Positions 17,698 through 33,065 of a stretch of DNA of 64,000 bases are shown piece by piece. The stretch's first letter is position 1; each line of letters starts with the position of its first letter. The DNA is from Eledone cirrhosa (taxonomy: Eukaryota). Location of the stretch: positions 48,360,001 through 48,424,000 of the forward strand of contig OZ024743.1 of the NCBI GenBank assembly GCA_964016885.1, given 5' to 3'. The position numbers and the translations under genes are program-made. The notes beneath the pieces are model-generated. The model was not told where the DNA came from and did no database searches. It saw nothing but the letters and a program-made list of their open reading frames with translations.

Positions 17698-17775
17698 ATG
17701 CATATATATATATGTATATGTATATATATGTATATGCATATATATATGTATATGCATATATATATATGTATATGC

Positions 17776-17809
<34 letters not shown>

Positions 17810-18052
17810 GTATATATATATATGTATATATATGTATATGCATATATATATGTATATGCATATATATATGTATATGCATATATATATATGTATATGCATA
17901 TATATATATATATATGTATATGCATATATATGTATATGCATATATATATATATGTATATGCATATATATGTATATGCATATATATGTATATGCATATATA
18001 TATATATATATATGTATATGCATATATATATATATAATATGCATATATATAT
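17280..18052. repeat. (TATG)n/(TATGCA)n/(TA)n array
   Basis: Directly visible. Confidence 0.93.
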
Positions 18053-18152
18053 CCGGAAAAAAATTCTTTTTGGATTTTGTGAAGAAAATAAATTTGTTGA
18101 AAGCACAAGTAAAGCCATTTTTTCTTCCCCCTGTCTTAATATATATATATGT

Positions 18153-18329
18153 ATCATCATCATTACATCATTTCATTTTACGTCCTCTTTTCCCTGCTTG
18201 CAAGGGTGGGACGGGAACTGATTCTGGCTTGATTTCTACAGCTGGATGCCCTTCCTAACACCAACCTCATTTACAGTGAGTGCTGGGTGCTTTTTTGCCG
18301 TGGCACCTCCACGACCACTTTGCAGTGGA
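18153..18329 (-). mobile_element. RTE 3'UTR fragment (subfamily B)
   Basis: (CAT)n tail followed by TTCTACAGCTGGATGCCCTTCCTAACACCAACC. Matches the reverse complement of 40165-40428. Confidence 0.8.
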
Positions 18330-18351
18330 ATGATAGGGACTCCAGTCCCTA

Positions 18352-18496
18352 TCATCTCATTTCTAAAGCTGAGTAAACTGGAGCAATGTGAAATTAAGTC
18401 TCTTTCTCAAGGAAACAACACATCACCCGGTCTGAGAATTGAACTCACAACCTTTCGATTGCAAGGCCAATGCTCTAACCACTAAGCCATGTGCCT

Positions 18497-18498
<2 letters not shown>
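18352..18498 (-). mobile_element. tRNA-derived SINE (head and part of body)
   Basis: The minus strand reads GGAGGCACATGGCTTAGTGGTTAGAGC (A box)...GTGAGTTCAATTCTC (B box). Related decayed copies lie at ~26385-26516(-) and ~50115-50230(-). Confidence 0.75.
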
Positions 18499-20548
<2,050 letters not shown>

Positions 20549-21608
20549 ATCATCATCAACGTTTAACGTCCGTGTTCCATGCTTGCATGGGTTTGGACGG
20601 GGGTAGTCCCACTTGAGGCAAGAGTGGTTGTCTTGCTCGCATAGGACTGTCTGGCAGGTTTTCTACAGTTGGATGCCCTTCCTAACACCAACCACATTTA
20701 CAGTGTGGGTCTGGGAGGTTTTTACTGTGTTGCCTACACGATCTCATTTGTTTCGGCCTGGATTGTGTGGCACCAACATAACTTTACATAGGAGGGGGTG
20801 GTGTGGATGGGGTGGGGGTGGTGGGACGGGGTTGTATTTTGTTAGAGATGCCTACTGGCTGTAGTAGGTTTTACTATGTATTTAGGTAAGGCGGGTCTTC
20901 TCTATTACTGAGTACCGCCAAAGGTCTCGGTCCAGTGACATTTTCTTGGAGAGGTGTAAGTGTGTGAGGTCGGAGTTTATCAGCTCGTCCCAGGATTTTC
21001 TAGGTCTGCCTATTCCGTGGCTACCGTCTATCTTTATTGCCCTGCACTTTGTTATACAGCTATCGACTTTCATGCGCATCACGTGTCCATACCAACGTAG
21101 CCTTCTCTTGAGTAAACAGCATCTGATCCCTCTTATTTCTAATTTTTTCCTTAGTTTGTTTATGCTTTGCCGTTCACGTATATTACTATTACACATCCAG
21201 CGGAGCATGCAAGCTTCGTTCCTCTCTAGTCTGCGTATATCCTCTGCGCACAATGCCCAGGTCTCACTGCCATGCAACATTGCTGTTCGTATGCAGGCAT
21301 CATACAACCTGCCTTTCATTTTTAGGGAGAACCCTTTAGCGGCCAATAGTGGTATAAGCTCTCTGAACTTTTTCCATCCAGTTCTGACTCTAGCTACTGT
21401 ACTTTCGGAGCACCCTCCCCCACTGCTGATTTTGTCACCCAGGTAACGGAAGCTGTCCACTATTTCTATAGAGCCCTCTGTGCAATTGAAAGAGTTAGTA
21501 TTTTGTGGGCACTCGCTGCTACTTATTGCACCAGAGCACCGCCCACATGTAAACTCTAAGTTCTTAGTTAGCTTACCTGTGATCCCACTACATCTTTTAT
21601 GCACCCAT
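20549..21608 (-). mobile_element. RTE LINE (subfamily A), 5'-truncated
   Basis: ORF 20882-21628 matches the C-terminus of the 22165 ORF ([31 protein letters not shown]). It has a 3'UTR and a (GAT)n tail. Confidence 0.93.
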
Positions 21609-21740
21609 ACACATATATATATATACATATATATATATGCGATGAAATGCTAATGATCGTTGGCAAGTCACTGATGAGGGACTCATTTTATAACATGTAA
21701 TCCATGTGCAACCATGCAGTATTCTTCTCCCCATATTTTT

Positions 21741-21770
<30 letters not shown>

Positions 21771-21771
<1 letters not shown>

Positions 21772-24700
21772 CATCATCATCATCATCATCATCAGCGTTT
21801 AACGTCCGTGTTCCACGCTTGCATGGGTTTGGACGGGGGTAGTCCCACTTGAGGCAAGAGTGATTGTCTTGCTCGCATAGGACTGTCTGGCAGGTTTTCT
21901 ACAGTTGGATGCCCTTCCTAACACCAACCACATTTACAGTGTGGGTCTGGGAGGTTTTTACCGTGTTGCCTACACGGCCACATTACAGCGTGGACTGTGT
22001 GTTTTTTTGTCGTGACACCTACACGATCTCATTTGTTTCGGCCTCGATGGCGCGGCACCAACATAACTTTACATAGAACGGGGTGGTGTGGATCGGGTGG
22101 GGGTGGTGGGACGGGGTGTATTTGTTAGAGATGCCTACTGGCTGGAGTAGGTTTTACTATATATTTAGGTAAGGCGGGTCTTCTCTGTTACTGAGTACCG
22201 CCAAAGGTCTCGGTCCAGTGACATTGTCTTGGAGAGGTGTAAGTGTGTGATGTCGGAGTTTATCAGCTCGTCCCAGGTTTTTCTAGGTCTGCCTATTCCG
22301 TGACTACCGTCTATCTTTATTGCCCTGCACTTTGTTATACAGCTATCGACTTTCATGCGCATCACGTGTCCATACCAACGTAGCCTTCTCTCGAGTAAAC
22401 AACATCTGATCCCTCTTATCTCTAATTTATTCCTTAGTTCGTTTATGCTTTGCCGTTCACGTATATTACTGTTACACATCCAGCGGAGCATGCAAGCTTC
22501 GTTCCTCTCTAGTCTGCGTATATCCTCTGCACACAATGCCCAGGTCTCACTGCCATGCAGCATTGCTGTTCGTATGCAGGCATCGTACAACCTGCCTTTC
22601 ATTTTTAGTGAGAACCCTTTAGCAGCTAATAGTGGTATAAGCTCTCTGAACTTTTTCCAACCAGTTCTGACTCTAGCTACAGTACTTTCAGAGCACCCTC
22701 CCCCACTGCTGATTTTATCGCCCAGGTAACGGAAGCTGTCCACTATTTCTATAGAACCCTCTGCGCAATTGAAAGAGCTAGTAGTTTGTGGGCACTTGCT
22801 GCTACTTATTGCACCAGAGCACCGGCCACATGTAAAATCTATGTTCTTAGTTAGCCTACCTGTGATCCCACTACATCTTTTATGCACCCATACTTTGCAT
22901 TTAGGACATAAAATGGAGTTTCTACCTACGCCTTTCCTACACACCGAGCACGACCATTTCCCAGAAGGGACCGCCGCCTTGTTTTCTTTCCTACAAACTA
23001 GTACTTTGGTCTTAGCCAGGTTAATTTTAAGTCCTTTTGACTCTAGGCCGTGCTTCCATGTTTGGAATTTCTTCTCTAGCTCGGCCATTGATTCCGCTAT
23101 GAGTGTCAGGTCGTCTGCGTATAGGAGTTCCCATGGGCAGCCTGTCTTGAACTCCTCTGTTATGGCCTGAAGGGCAATAATAAATAGTAGTGGACTGAGA
23201 ACAGAGCCCTGATGGACGCCGACTTTTACGCTAAACTCTTCACTATATTCGTTGTTAATTCTAACCTTGCTGACTGTTTCTTTATACATGGCTTGTATAG
23301 CCCTCACAAGCCATTCGTCAACACCTAGTTTTCTAAGAGCCCACCAGATAATGGAGCGGGGGACTCTGTCGAAGGCTTTCTCCAAGTCGACAAAAGCTAA
23401 GTAGAGGGGTTTACCTTTAGCTAGGTACTTCTCTTGTAGTTGTCGTACTATGAAAAGAGCGTCTGTGGTACTTTTGCCTGACACAAACCCGAACTGCATT
23501 TCATCTAGGTCAATTCTCTCTCTGATTAGTTGCGCTATTACTCTTTCCGTGACCTTCATGACCTGGTCGATTAATTTAATGCCTCTATAGTTACTCCTAT
23601 CTAGGGCGTCTCCTTTACCCTTATAACAGTTAACGATGATGCTGCTATGCCAGTCCTTCGGAACAACCCCGTTTTGTACGACTTGGTTAACTATGCGGGT
23701 GACCATGGTGTGTCCCACCGTGCCAGATGCCTTCAGCATCTCAGCAACTATTTCCGAAGGCCCAGCCGCCTTACCAGTCTTCATATCCTTGATTGCCTTA
23801 CTTATTATACTCCCCTCGACTAACACTGCTGGTCCCTCTATTGGGTCGATATGGGGGAGACTGCCTTTCTCCCAATTATTCTCCTCATTTAGAAGCCTTT
23901 CATAGTGACACTTCCAAGCTACCTTCTTATCAGCGTCGGTGATGGCAAGTGTGCCATCGTCGTTTAGTACACACTTCTCCCCGACAATATCACGGTTTTC
24001 CTTGACGCATTGCCTAGCAATCCTGAACACCTCACGTTTTTGGTCATCGCGTTGTAGAACATGCTTGAACTTTCTTTCCTCAGCTTCCCTTCTTGCTAAG
24101 TACACTTGTCTCCTAGCTTCCCTCCTGGCCACTTGATAGTCCTCTCTACTTCCCCCATCCCGCCATACTTTCCAAGCCTGCTTTTTGGCCTTAATTGACC
24201 CCTCCACCTTACTGTTCCACCACCATGTTACTCTCCTCCTGCCTACAGGCCTGCTCCAGCCACAGACCTCGTCTGTCGCCAACAGCAGGTTTGCTTTCAG
24301 AAATTCCCACTCTCCCTCTATATTGTCCGACTCTAAATGTTCTTCCTTACTGTCGAAAGCATCAAGTAATATGCTTTGAAATTTATTCCTGGCTGTGGGG
24401 TCCTTTAACTTCCATATTTTCCTCCTGAGGATAGTCCTCTTCTGTTGTCGAGTACGTCTCGTCCTGACTATGAGGTCGCTAATTATCAGTCTATGTTGGG
24501 AGGTGCATTCTTCATGGGGGAGGGATTTAGTGTTAACAACAGACACTCTGTCACGTCTTCTGGTAAGGATATAATCTACCTGGCTTGTGTGTTCCCCGGA
24601 TCTATAGGTGATCAGGTGATTGTCACGTTTTTTGAAGTTAGTGTTACAGATAGTTAGGTTATTTGCATCACAGAATTCCAGGATTCTGGAGCCTTCCTCA

Positions 24701-25281
24701 TTTCTAGTACCAAACCCATAGCCTCCATGGATTTCGTCGTAGCCGTCACAATGTTGTCCAACGTGACCATTTAGGTCGCCTGCGATAATTATATAGTCAC
24801 TGTCGGATATTTGGGAGGTAGTTAGCATCAGTGTCTCATAGAATCTGTCTTTTATAGTGCCGGGCAGTCCGGATTGGGGTGCGTACGCAGATATTACTGT
24901 CACCGTAGTTCTATTGAGGACAAGTCGTATTTTAATTATTCTGTCGTTCACTCTATTTACGTCTATTATCTTATCTGCCCACTTTTCTGCTACCATGATT
25001 CCTACTCCACCCAGCCCATCGTCGTTTCCCACCCAGAAAAGCTTATAACAACGTTTTTTACCCTCAATGAACCTAGCAGACCCACCCCTCCACCTGGTCT
25101 CTTGAATACAACAAACATCGACCTCCTTACGTTCAAGCATTTCTACGACCTCGTTAGCGCGACCCTTTAGGGTGCCTACATTTATGGTACCAACTCTGAA
25201 GTTTTGGATTGCGTTTGGGGGTTGGGGGCGGTGAGGGGCGGGGGGCGATGGGGTTATGTTAGCCGTCCGCGGTCGAAACAA
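21771..25281 (-). mobile_element. RTE-clade LINE (subfamily A), near full length, intact ORF, 5'UTR missing
   Basis: A single APE-RT ORF, a ~390-nt 3'UTR, and a (GAT)n tail at 21771-21794. Confidence 0.95.
22165..25281 (-). CDS. RTE LINE polyprotein: APE endonuclease, reverse transcriptase and PHD-type zinc finger (~1038 aa, no stops)
   Basis: APE motifs: [43 protein letters not shown] motifs: [37 protein letters not shown]4HC3 motif and RRLRWYGHV follow. The track's N-terminal ~228 aa are microsatellite read-through. Confidence 0.92.
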   Translation of the reverse strand: MFRPRTANITPSPPAPHRPQPPNAIQNFRVGTINVGTLKGRANEVVEMLERKEVDVCCIQETRWRGGSARFIEGKKRCYKLFWVGNDDGLGGVGIMVAEKWADKIIDVNRVNDRIIKIRLVLNRTTVTVISAYAPQSGLPGTIKDRFYETLMLTTSQISDSDYIIIAGDLNGHVGQHCDGYDEIHGGYGFGTRNEEGSRILEFCDANNLTICNTNFKKRDNHLITYRSGEHTSQVDYILTRRRDRVSVVNTKSLPHEECTSQHRLIISDLIVRTRRTRQQKRTILRRKIWKLKDPTARNKFQSILLDAFDSKEEHLESDNIEGEWEFLKANLLLATDEVCGWSRPVGRRRVTWWWNSKVEGSIKAKKQAWKVWRDGGSREDYQVARREARRQVYLARREAEERKFKHVLQRDDQKREVFRIARQCVKENRDIVGEKCVLNDDGTLAITDADKKVAWKCHYERLLNEENNWEKGSLPHIDPIEGPAVLVEGSIISKAIKDMKTGKAAGPSEIVAEMLKASGTVGHTMVTRIVNQVVQNGVVPKDWHSSIIVNCYKGKGDALDRSNYRGIKLIDQVMKVTERVIAQLIRERIDLDEMQFGFVSGKSTTDALFIVRQLQEKYLAKGKPLYLAFVDLEKAFDRVPRSIIWWALRKLGVDEWLVRAIQAMYKETVSKVRINNEYSEEFSVKVGVHQGSVLSPLLFIIALQAITEEFKTGCPWELLYADDLTLIAESMAELEKKFQTWKHGLESKGLKINLAKTKVLVCRKENKAAVPSGKWSCSVCRKGVGRNSILCPKCKVWVHKRCSGITGRLTKNIDFTCGRCSGAISSSKCPQTTSSFNCAEGSIEIVDSFRYLGDKISSGGGCSESTVARVRTGWKKFRELIPLLAAKGFSLKMKGRLYDACIRTAMLHGSETWALCAEDIRRLERNEACMLRWMCNSNIRERQSINELRNKLEIRGIRCCLLERRLRWYGHVMRMKVDSCITKCRAIKIDGSHGIGRPRKTWDELINSDITHLHLSKTMSLDRDLWRYSVTEKTRLT

Positions 25282-25934
<653 letters not shown>

Positions 25935-26616
25935 GTGGGCATGACTTCAACAAGTCAAATGTCAAACTAAATGCTTTACATTGACATTGAATTCTAATCC
26001 ACCTGATCCCGGCTCAGGTTAAAACACATCTATATTATCACACCAGAAATTGACCTATTTCCAAAAAATCAATATCAGATTTCAGTTACATGTGAAGCAG
26101 GATAATATCATATACCTTCCTGATTATATGGTGTGTGCATGTATGTGCCCATGTGTGTTGGCAAATTTAAATTCTCTCACCCTCTCTCATTTAGTACATT
26201 TTTCCAAAGGGGTTTCTATGATGATACTTTAAGAAAAAGAGCCTCTCTTTGATCATGACTGATCATGTGTTATGCACCCGTGACTGATCATGAGCTCACA
26301 TGTCCAAAGCCTGGCTAAGGTGCTTCTCCTCTCCATTATACTGATATTGTCAAAGATAAAGGTTAATAGAACTTGGTATGAGTGTTGTCACAATTTTTTC
26401 AAACCAAGTGGACTGGAGCAACAAAAAATAGGTAGGGTATCGTGCATTACCAAGTCTGGGAAATGAGTTCACATCCTTATGATCATGAGTCCAACACCCT
26501 AACCACTAAGCTGCACCGTCACAATGTTTTATATACTTTATATACAGTATATACTCAAATAAAGCTGAGGAATATGTGACCAAAAATTTGATTGGTGAAA
26601 TGGAAAAATTTAGCTG

Positions 26617-26681
<65 letters not shown>

Positions 26682-28091
26682 ATACAGTTTGCACTACTGG
26701 ACATGTTCTTCATGAGCTGTTGACTGGAGATTTGATTGATTTCAACATCTTCCAACAGTTTCGCTCTCTCCAGCAGTGATCATGTTACCAGAGCATGGTC
26801 CACTCTGTATTACGATGCTGTTGTAATCCGTCCCATCATTCAGGTATTATGATGTTTACACCTTGCTGAGGGTTGCTCTAAAGCCCCCCCCTAACTGGTT
26901 TTTGCACAAATACTTTTGCCATATCCACATTGAACCTTTTTCTACCTCCCTCTCCAGTTCTAAAATAACCTCTCAACTTTCCTTTGCATATCCAATACTA
27001 GTTAGACAGGTCATGGTGGATTTACCCATAAATCTACAACATCCAACCTCAACTGGAAGCAGTGTACATTACCATCCTTGACACTTGCACAAATTCTTTT
27101 ATTCTTTATATTTTATGTACTTACTTTAATGAGCCCACTACTCCATATTCTGCTCCCAAGGCACTCTCAGCTCAACAATCAAGTCTTTTTTGTTAAATCA
27201 GACCATCTTATAAGGCTGAGGAATAATGTTATAGCTATATGACTTGAGAATACTAGCATTTTTTTCAGGCCAGCCTGTACTCTCTAGTCATTTGCCAGGG
27301 TTCCAACGCCCCTTCCTCCTGTATTGTACTTTCTCACCTTGCTTGTGGAAAACAACAGGATGCATTCTTGCATTGGGTTTCCTTGCATTAACAATACTGC
27401 ATTGTGTTTGTAATGTATTAGTGACATCATTCCAACCTTAGTTATGCTGTCATGTATACTCATCCAGGATGGCTTATATGCTGCCAGAACATGTTCCAAT
27501 GATGCCTAACCTCCACACTGATGACATTCAACATTGTCACTCCATCCCCATGGCCTAATATTGGATAAGGATGAGAACATCATATACTACTCTCAGAAGA
27601 AATTATAACCTGATCAGTTCTCTTTTCCATAATCTATAACATCTTAACTTTATTCTGTTGTCTCCCACGATGTCCAAGCACAATGGTTCACTAATTTTAC
27701 TGCCTTGGTCACACATGCTCTTCCTCAATGTGGAAACATTTTTTCTGTTACAATATTTCTTTCCTTTATTATTTTGATGGTATGTCCACTTGTGTTTGTC
27801 CCTGCCCTACCTGTGTGTTCTGCATTGTACTTATCACCTCTTTCATTTCTATGATAGTTTCTGCTTATTTCACTATTTTCTTGATTTTCATTATTTGCAA
27901 ACTGAGTTGTCAAACTGAGATCAGGTTGTGTTATGATGTGTGACTCTATATATAAGAGAGTGGGAGTGTTTTAAAGATTCCTGGTTAACTTTCCTGGAGA
28001 ACATTCTCGCATTCGCTGGTGGCGATTGTCAAACAGATTTTTATACACTGAGAACTTTATAAACTGAGAACATATATATTATATATATATA

Positions 28092-28678
28092 CTAGCAGTG
28101 GTACCCGGCGTTGCAGGGGATAAGGTATTTTGGAACGTAGGCCGCCAACAGACCTAATCGTGAAAAAACTGCATGCGTGGACAATATGTAAAGAAAATAA
28201 ACCGAATACTCTGATGGCTGGATAATCTTTAAGATTTTCCTCGATGAAGCAGGAAAAATGCAGATTTTCACCTAATGTGGGCCCTAGGGGATCAAGAAAA
28301 TGAATTTTTTTATGTGCATAATATGCCTTGAAATTTCGGGAAAATCGGCTAGACGTAACACCTCAAAAAAAGCCCTAAAAAGCTAAAAAAAAAAAAGTTT
28401 TTTCACCTAATGCGGGCCCTAGGCCATAAAAAAGTTAGATTTTCTTTGCTCACTGTATGAAAAGACTGACTAATACATAGTTACAATTTCAAGTAAATCA
28501 ATCTGACGTAACGACTCAAAAAACCCCTAAAAACATTAAAAAACGCAGTTTTTCAACTAATGCGGCCCCTAAGGGATCAAAAAGTTGAATTTATTAGCAT
28601 AATACTGCCTGAAACATAAGTAATACACATGTAAAGTTTGAAAAAAGTCGGTTGGGTACTTCTCGAGTTTTAGAGATT

Positions 28679-28728
<50 letters not shown>

Positions 28729-29054
28729 ACACACCACACACCACACACCACACACCACAGGGAAGTGACGTAATGCAGACAGACAGACAGACAGATATTA
28801 TAAGGGTACAACGTTATATGTATGTATGTATCTATCTAAAAAGAGAAAGACTAAGAATTATAGAGAGAGAGATCGCTAAATCGCCTAATGCGGTCCCTAG
28901 GTCATTGAAAATTAAAAATTCTTAAGGTCCAGAACACTCCCTGAAACAAGTATTACATGTGTAAAGTTTGAAAACAGTTGGTTGGGTATTTCTCTAGTTT
29001 TAGGGATTCAAACTCACACACACACAGACAGATATCCTCAGTTTTATATATATA
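28092..29054 (-). mobile_element. Non-autonomous Helitron (family H1)
   Basis: The minus-strand 3' end is a GC hairpin (CCCCTGCAACGCCGGG) followed by TACCACTG-CTAG|T. The 5' end is TATATATAAAACTGAGGAT. Confidence 0.8.
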
Positions 29055-29840
29055 CTAGCAGTGGTACCCGGCGTTGCACGAGATAAGGTATTTTGGAACG
29101 CGGGCTGCCAACAGAGCTAATCGTGGAAAAACTGCATGCGTGGACAATATGTAAAGAAAATAAACCGAATGGCTGGATAATCTTTAAGATTTTCCTCGAT
29201 GATCAAAAAAATAAATTTTTTTATGTGCATAATATGCCTTGAAATTTCGGGAAAATCAGCTAGAAATAACACCTCAAAAAAGCCCTAAAAAGCTAAAAAA
29301 AAAAAATGTTTTTCACCTAATGCGGGCCCTAGGCCATAAAAAAGTTAGATTTTCTTTGCTCACTGTATGAAAAGACTGACTAATACATAGTTACAATTTC
29401 AAGGAAATCAATCTGATGTAACGACTAAAAAAACCCCGTAAAAACCTGAAAAAACGCAGTTTTTCACCTAATGTGGGCGCTAGGAGATCAAAAAGTTGAA
29501 TTTATGAGCATAACACTCCCTGAAACATAAGTAATACACATGTAAACTTTGAAAAAAATCGGTTGGGTACTTCTCGAGTTTTAGGGATTCAGACACACAG
29601 ACAGACATCCTCAGGGAAGTGACGTAATACAGAAAGACAGACATACAGACAGATATTATAAGAGTGCGACATTATATGTATGTATCTATCTAAAATGAGA
29701 AAGACTAAGAATTATAGAGAGAGATCGCTAAATCGCCTAATGCGCTCCCTAGGGCATTGAAAATTTGAAATTTTTTTTTGCTCAGAACACTCCCTGAAAC
29801 ATAAGTATTACATGTGTAAAGTTTGAAAAGAGTCGGTTGG
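29055..29840 (-). mobile_element. Second tandem Helitron H1 copy, truncated by an RTE insertion
   Basis: It starts at CTAGCAGTGGTACCCGGCGTTGCAC directly after the first copy and is collinear with 28092-28985. Confidence 0.8.
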
Positions 29841-32800
29841 GATAAGATAATAGATGTAAATAGAGTAAATGACAGAATAATTAAAATAAGACTTGTTCTA
29901 AATAGAACTACTGTGACAGTAATATCGGCATACGCGCCCCAATCCGGACTGCCTGGCGCTATAAAAGACAGATTCTATGAGACACTGATGCTCACTACCT
30001 CCCAAATAACCGACAGTGACTATATAATTATTGCTGGCGACCTAAATGGCCACGTTGGTCAACATTGTGACGGCTATGACGGAATCCACGGAGGCGATGG
30101 GTTTGGTACTAGAAATGAGGAAGGCTCCAGAATCCTGGAATTCTGTGATGCAAATAACCTAACTATCTGTAACACTAACTTAAAAAAAACGAGACAATCA
30201 CTTGATCACCTACGGATCAGGGGAACATACCAGCCAGGTAGATTATATCCTTACCAGAAGACGTGACAGAGTGTCTGTTGTAAACACTAAATCCCTCCCC
30301 CATGAAGAATGCACCTCCCAACATAGACTGATAATTAGCGACCTCATAGTCAGGACGAGACGTACTCGACAGCAGAAGAGGACTATCCTCAGGAGAAAAT
30401 ATGGAAGCTAAAGGACCCCACAGCCGGAAATAATTTTAAAAGCATATTACTTGATGCTTTCGACAGTAAGGAAGAGCAATTAGTTGTACTGATGGCGGCA
30501 GACGAAGTCTGTGGCTGGAGCAGGCCTGTAGGCAGGAGGAGAGTAACATGGTGGTGGAACAGTAAGGTGGAGGAGTCAATTAAGGCCAAAAAGCAGGCTT
30601 GGAAAGTATGGCCGGATGGGGGAAGTAGAGAAGACTATCAAGTGGCCAGGAGGGAAGCTAGGAGACAAGTGTACTTCGCAAGAAGGGAAGCAGAAGAAAG
30701 TTCAAGCATGTTCTACAACGCGAGGACCAAAAACGTGAGGTGTTCAGGATTGCTAGGCAATGCGTCAAGGAAAACCGTGATATTGTCGGGGAGAAGTGTG
30801 TACTTAACGATGATGGCACACTTGCCATCACCGACGCTGATAAGAAGGTAGCTTGGAAGTGTCACTATGAAAGGCTACTAAATGAGGAGAACAAATGGGA
30901 GAAAGACAGTCTCCCACACATCGACCCAATAGAGGGACCAGCAGTGTTAGTCCAGGGTAGTACAATAAGCAAGGCAATCAAAGATATGAAGACGGGTAAG
31001 GCGGCTGGTCCTTCGGAAATAGTTGCTGAGATGCTGAAGGCATCTGGTTCGGTGGGACACACCATGGTCACCCGGATAGTTAACCAAGTCGTACAGAATG
31101 GGGTTGTTCCGAAGGACTGGCGTAGCAGCATCATCGTTAACTGCTATAAGGGAAAAGGAGATGCCCTAGATAGGAGTAACTATAGAGGCATTAAATTAAT
31201 CGACCAGGTCATGAAGGTCACGGAAAAAGTAATAGCGCAACTAATCAGAGAGAGAATTGATCTAGATGAAATGCAGTTCGGGTTTGTGTCAGGCAAAAGT
31301 ACCACAGACGCTCTTTTCATTGTACGACAACTACAGGAGAAGTACCTAGCTAAAAGTAAACCCCTATACTTAGCGTTCGTCGACTTGGAGAAAGCCTTCG
31401 ACAGAGTCCCCGTTCCATTATCTGGTGGTCTCTTAGAAAACTAGGTGTTGACGAATGGCTTGTGAGAGCTATACAAGCCATGTATAAAGAAACAGTCAGC
31501 AAGGTTAGAATTAACAACGAATATAGTGAAGAGTTTAGCGTAAAAGTTGGTGTTCATCAGGGCTCTGTTCTTAGCCCCCTACTATTTATTATTGCCCTTC
31601 AGGCTATAACAGTGGAGTTCAAGACCGGCTGCCCATGGGAATTCCTATACGCAGATGATCTAACGCTCATAGCTGAATCAATGGCCGAGCTAGAGAAGAA
31701 ATTCCAAACATGGAAGCACGGCCTACAATCAAAAGGCCTTAAAATTAACCTGGCTAAGACTAAAGTTCTAGTTTGTAGGAAAGAAAATAAGGCGCCGGTC
31801 CCTTCCGGGAAATGGCCATGCTCAGTGTGTAGGAAAGGCGTAGGTAGAAACTCCATTTTATGTCTGTCCCAAATGCAAAGTATGGGTGCATAAAAGATGT
31901 AGTGGGATCATAGGTAAGCTAACTAAGAACATAGATTTTACATGTGGCCGGTGCTCTGGTGCAATAAGTAGCAGCAAGTGCCCACAAAATACTAGCTCTT
32001 TCAATTGCGCAGAGGGTTCTATAGAAATAGTGGACAGCTTCCGTTACCTGGGTGACAAAATCAGCAGTGGGGGACGGTGCTCTGAAAGTACAGTAGCTCG
32101 AGTCATAACTGGATGGAAAAAGTTCAGAGAGCTTATACCACTATTAGCCGCTAAAGGGTTCTCCCTAAAAATGAAAGGCAGGCTGTATGATGCCTGCATA
32201 CAAACAGCAATGTTGCATGGCAGTGAGACCTGGGCATTGTGTGCAGAGGATCTACGCAGACTGGAGAGGAACGAAGCTTGCATGCTTCGCTGGATGTGTA
32301 ACAGTAATATACATGAACGGCAAAGTATAAACAAACTAAGGGAAAAATTAGAAATAAGAGGGATCAGATGTTGTTTACTTGAGAGAAGGCTACGCTGGTA
32401 TGGTCACGTAATGCACATGAAAGACGACAGCTGTATAAAAAAGTGCAGGGCAATAAAGATAGACGGTAGCCACGGAGTAGGCAGACCCAGAAAAACCTGG
32501 GACGACCTGATAAACTCCGACCTCACACACTTACACCTCTCCAAGACAATGTCACTGGACCGAGATCTTTGGCGGCACTCGGTAATAGAGAAGACCCCCC
32601 TTACCTAAATACAAAGTAAAACCTACTACAGTCAGTAGGCATCTCTAACAAAATACACCCCCGTCCCCACCCAATCCACACCGCCCCTTTCAATGTAAAG
32701 TTATGTTGGTACTACAACATCCAGGCCGAAACAAATGAGAACGTGTAGGTGTCACGACAAAAAAACACACAGCCCACGCTGTAATGTGGCCGTGTAGGCA

Positions 32801-32982
32801 ACACGGTAAAAACCTCCCAGTCCCACACGGTAAATGTGGTTGGTGTTAGGAAGGGCATCCAGCTGTAGAAAACCCGCCAGACAGTCCTATGCGAGCAAGA
32901 CAACCACTCTTGCCTCAAGTGGGAAAACCCCCGACCAAACCCATGCAAGCGTGGAACATGGACGTTAAACGATGATGATGAT
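29841..32982 (+). mobile_element. RTE LINE (subfamily A), 5'-truncated and frameshifted
   Basis: ORFs 29823-32608 reproduce the 22165-25281 protein in pieces. The 3'UTR ends in (GAT)n. Confidence 0.95.
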
Positions 32983-32985
32983 ATA

Positions 32986-33065
<80 letters not shown>

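Noticed and set aside
18420-18498. tRNA gene
   Set aside because: A and B boxes are present but there is no proper acceptor stem, and it continues into a SINE body.
22355-25170. Antisense ORFs within the RTE (also in other LINE and PLE copies)
   Set aside because: They are shadow frames of the coding strand, repeated only because the element is repeated.
26690-27720. Very old LINE remnants (also ~43440-43800, RHLRWFGH)
   Set aside because: Too decayed to delimit or classify by eye.
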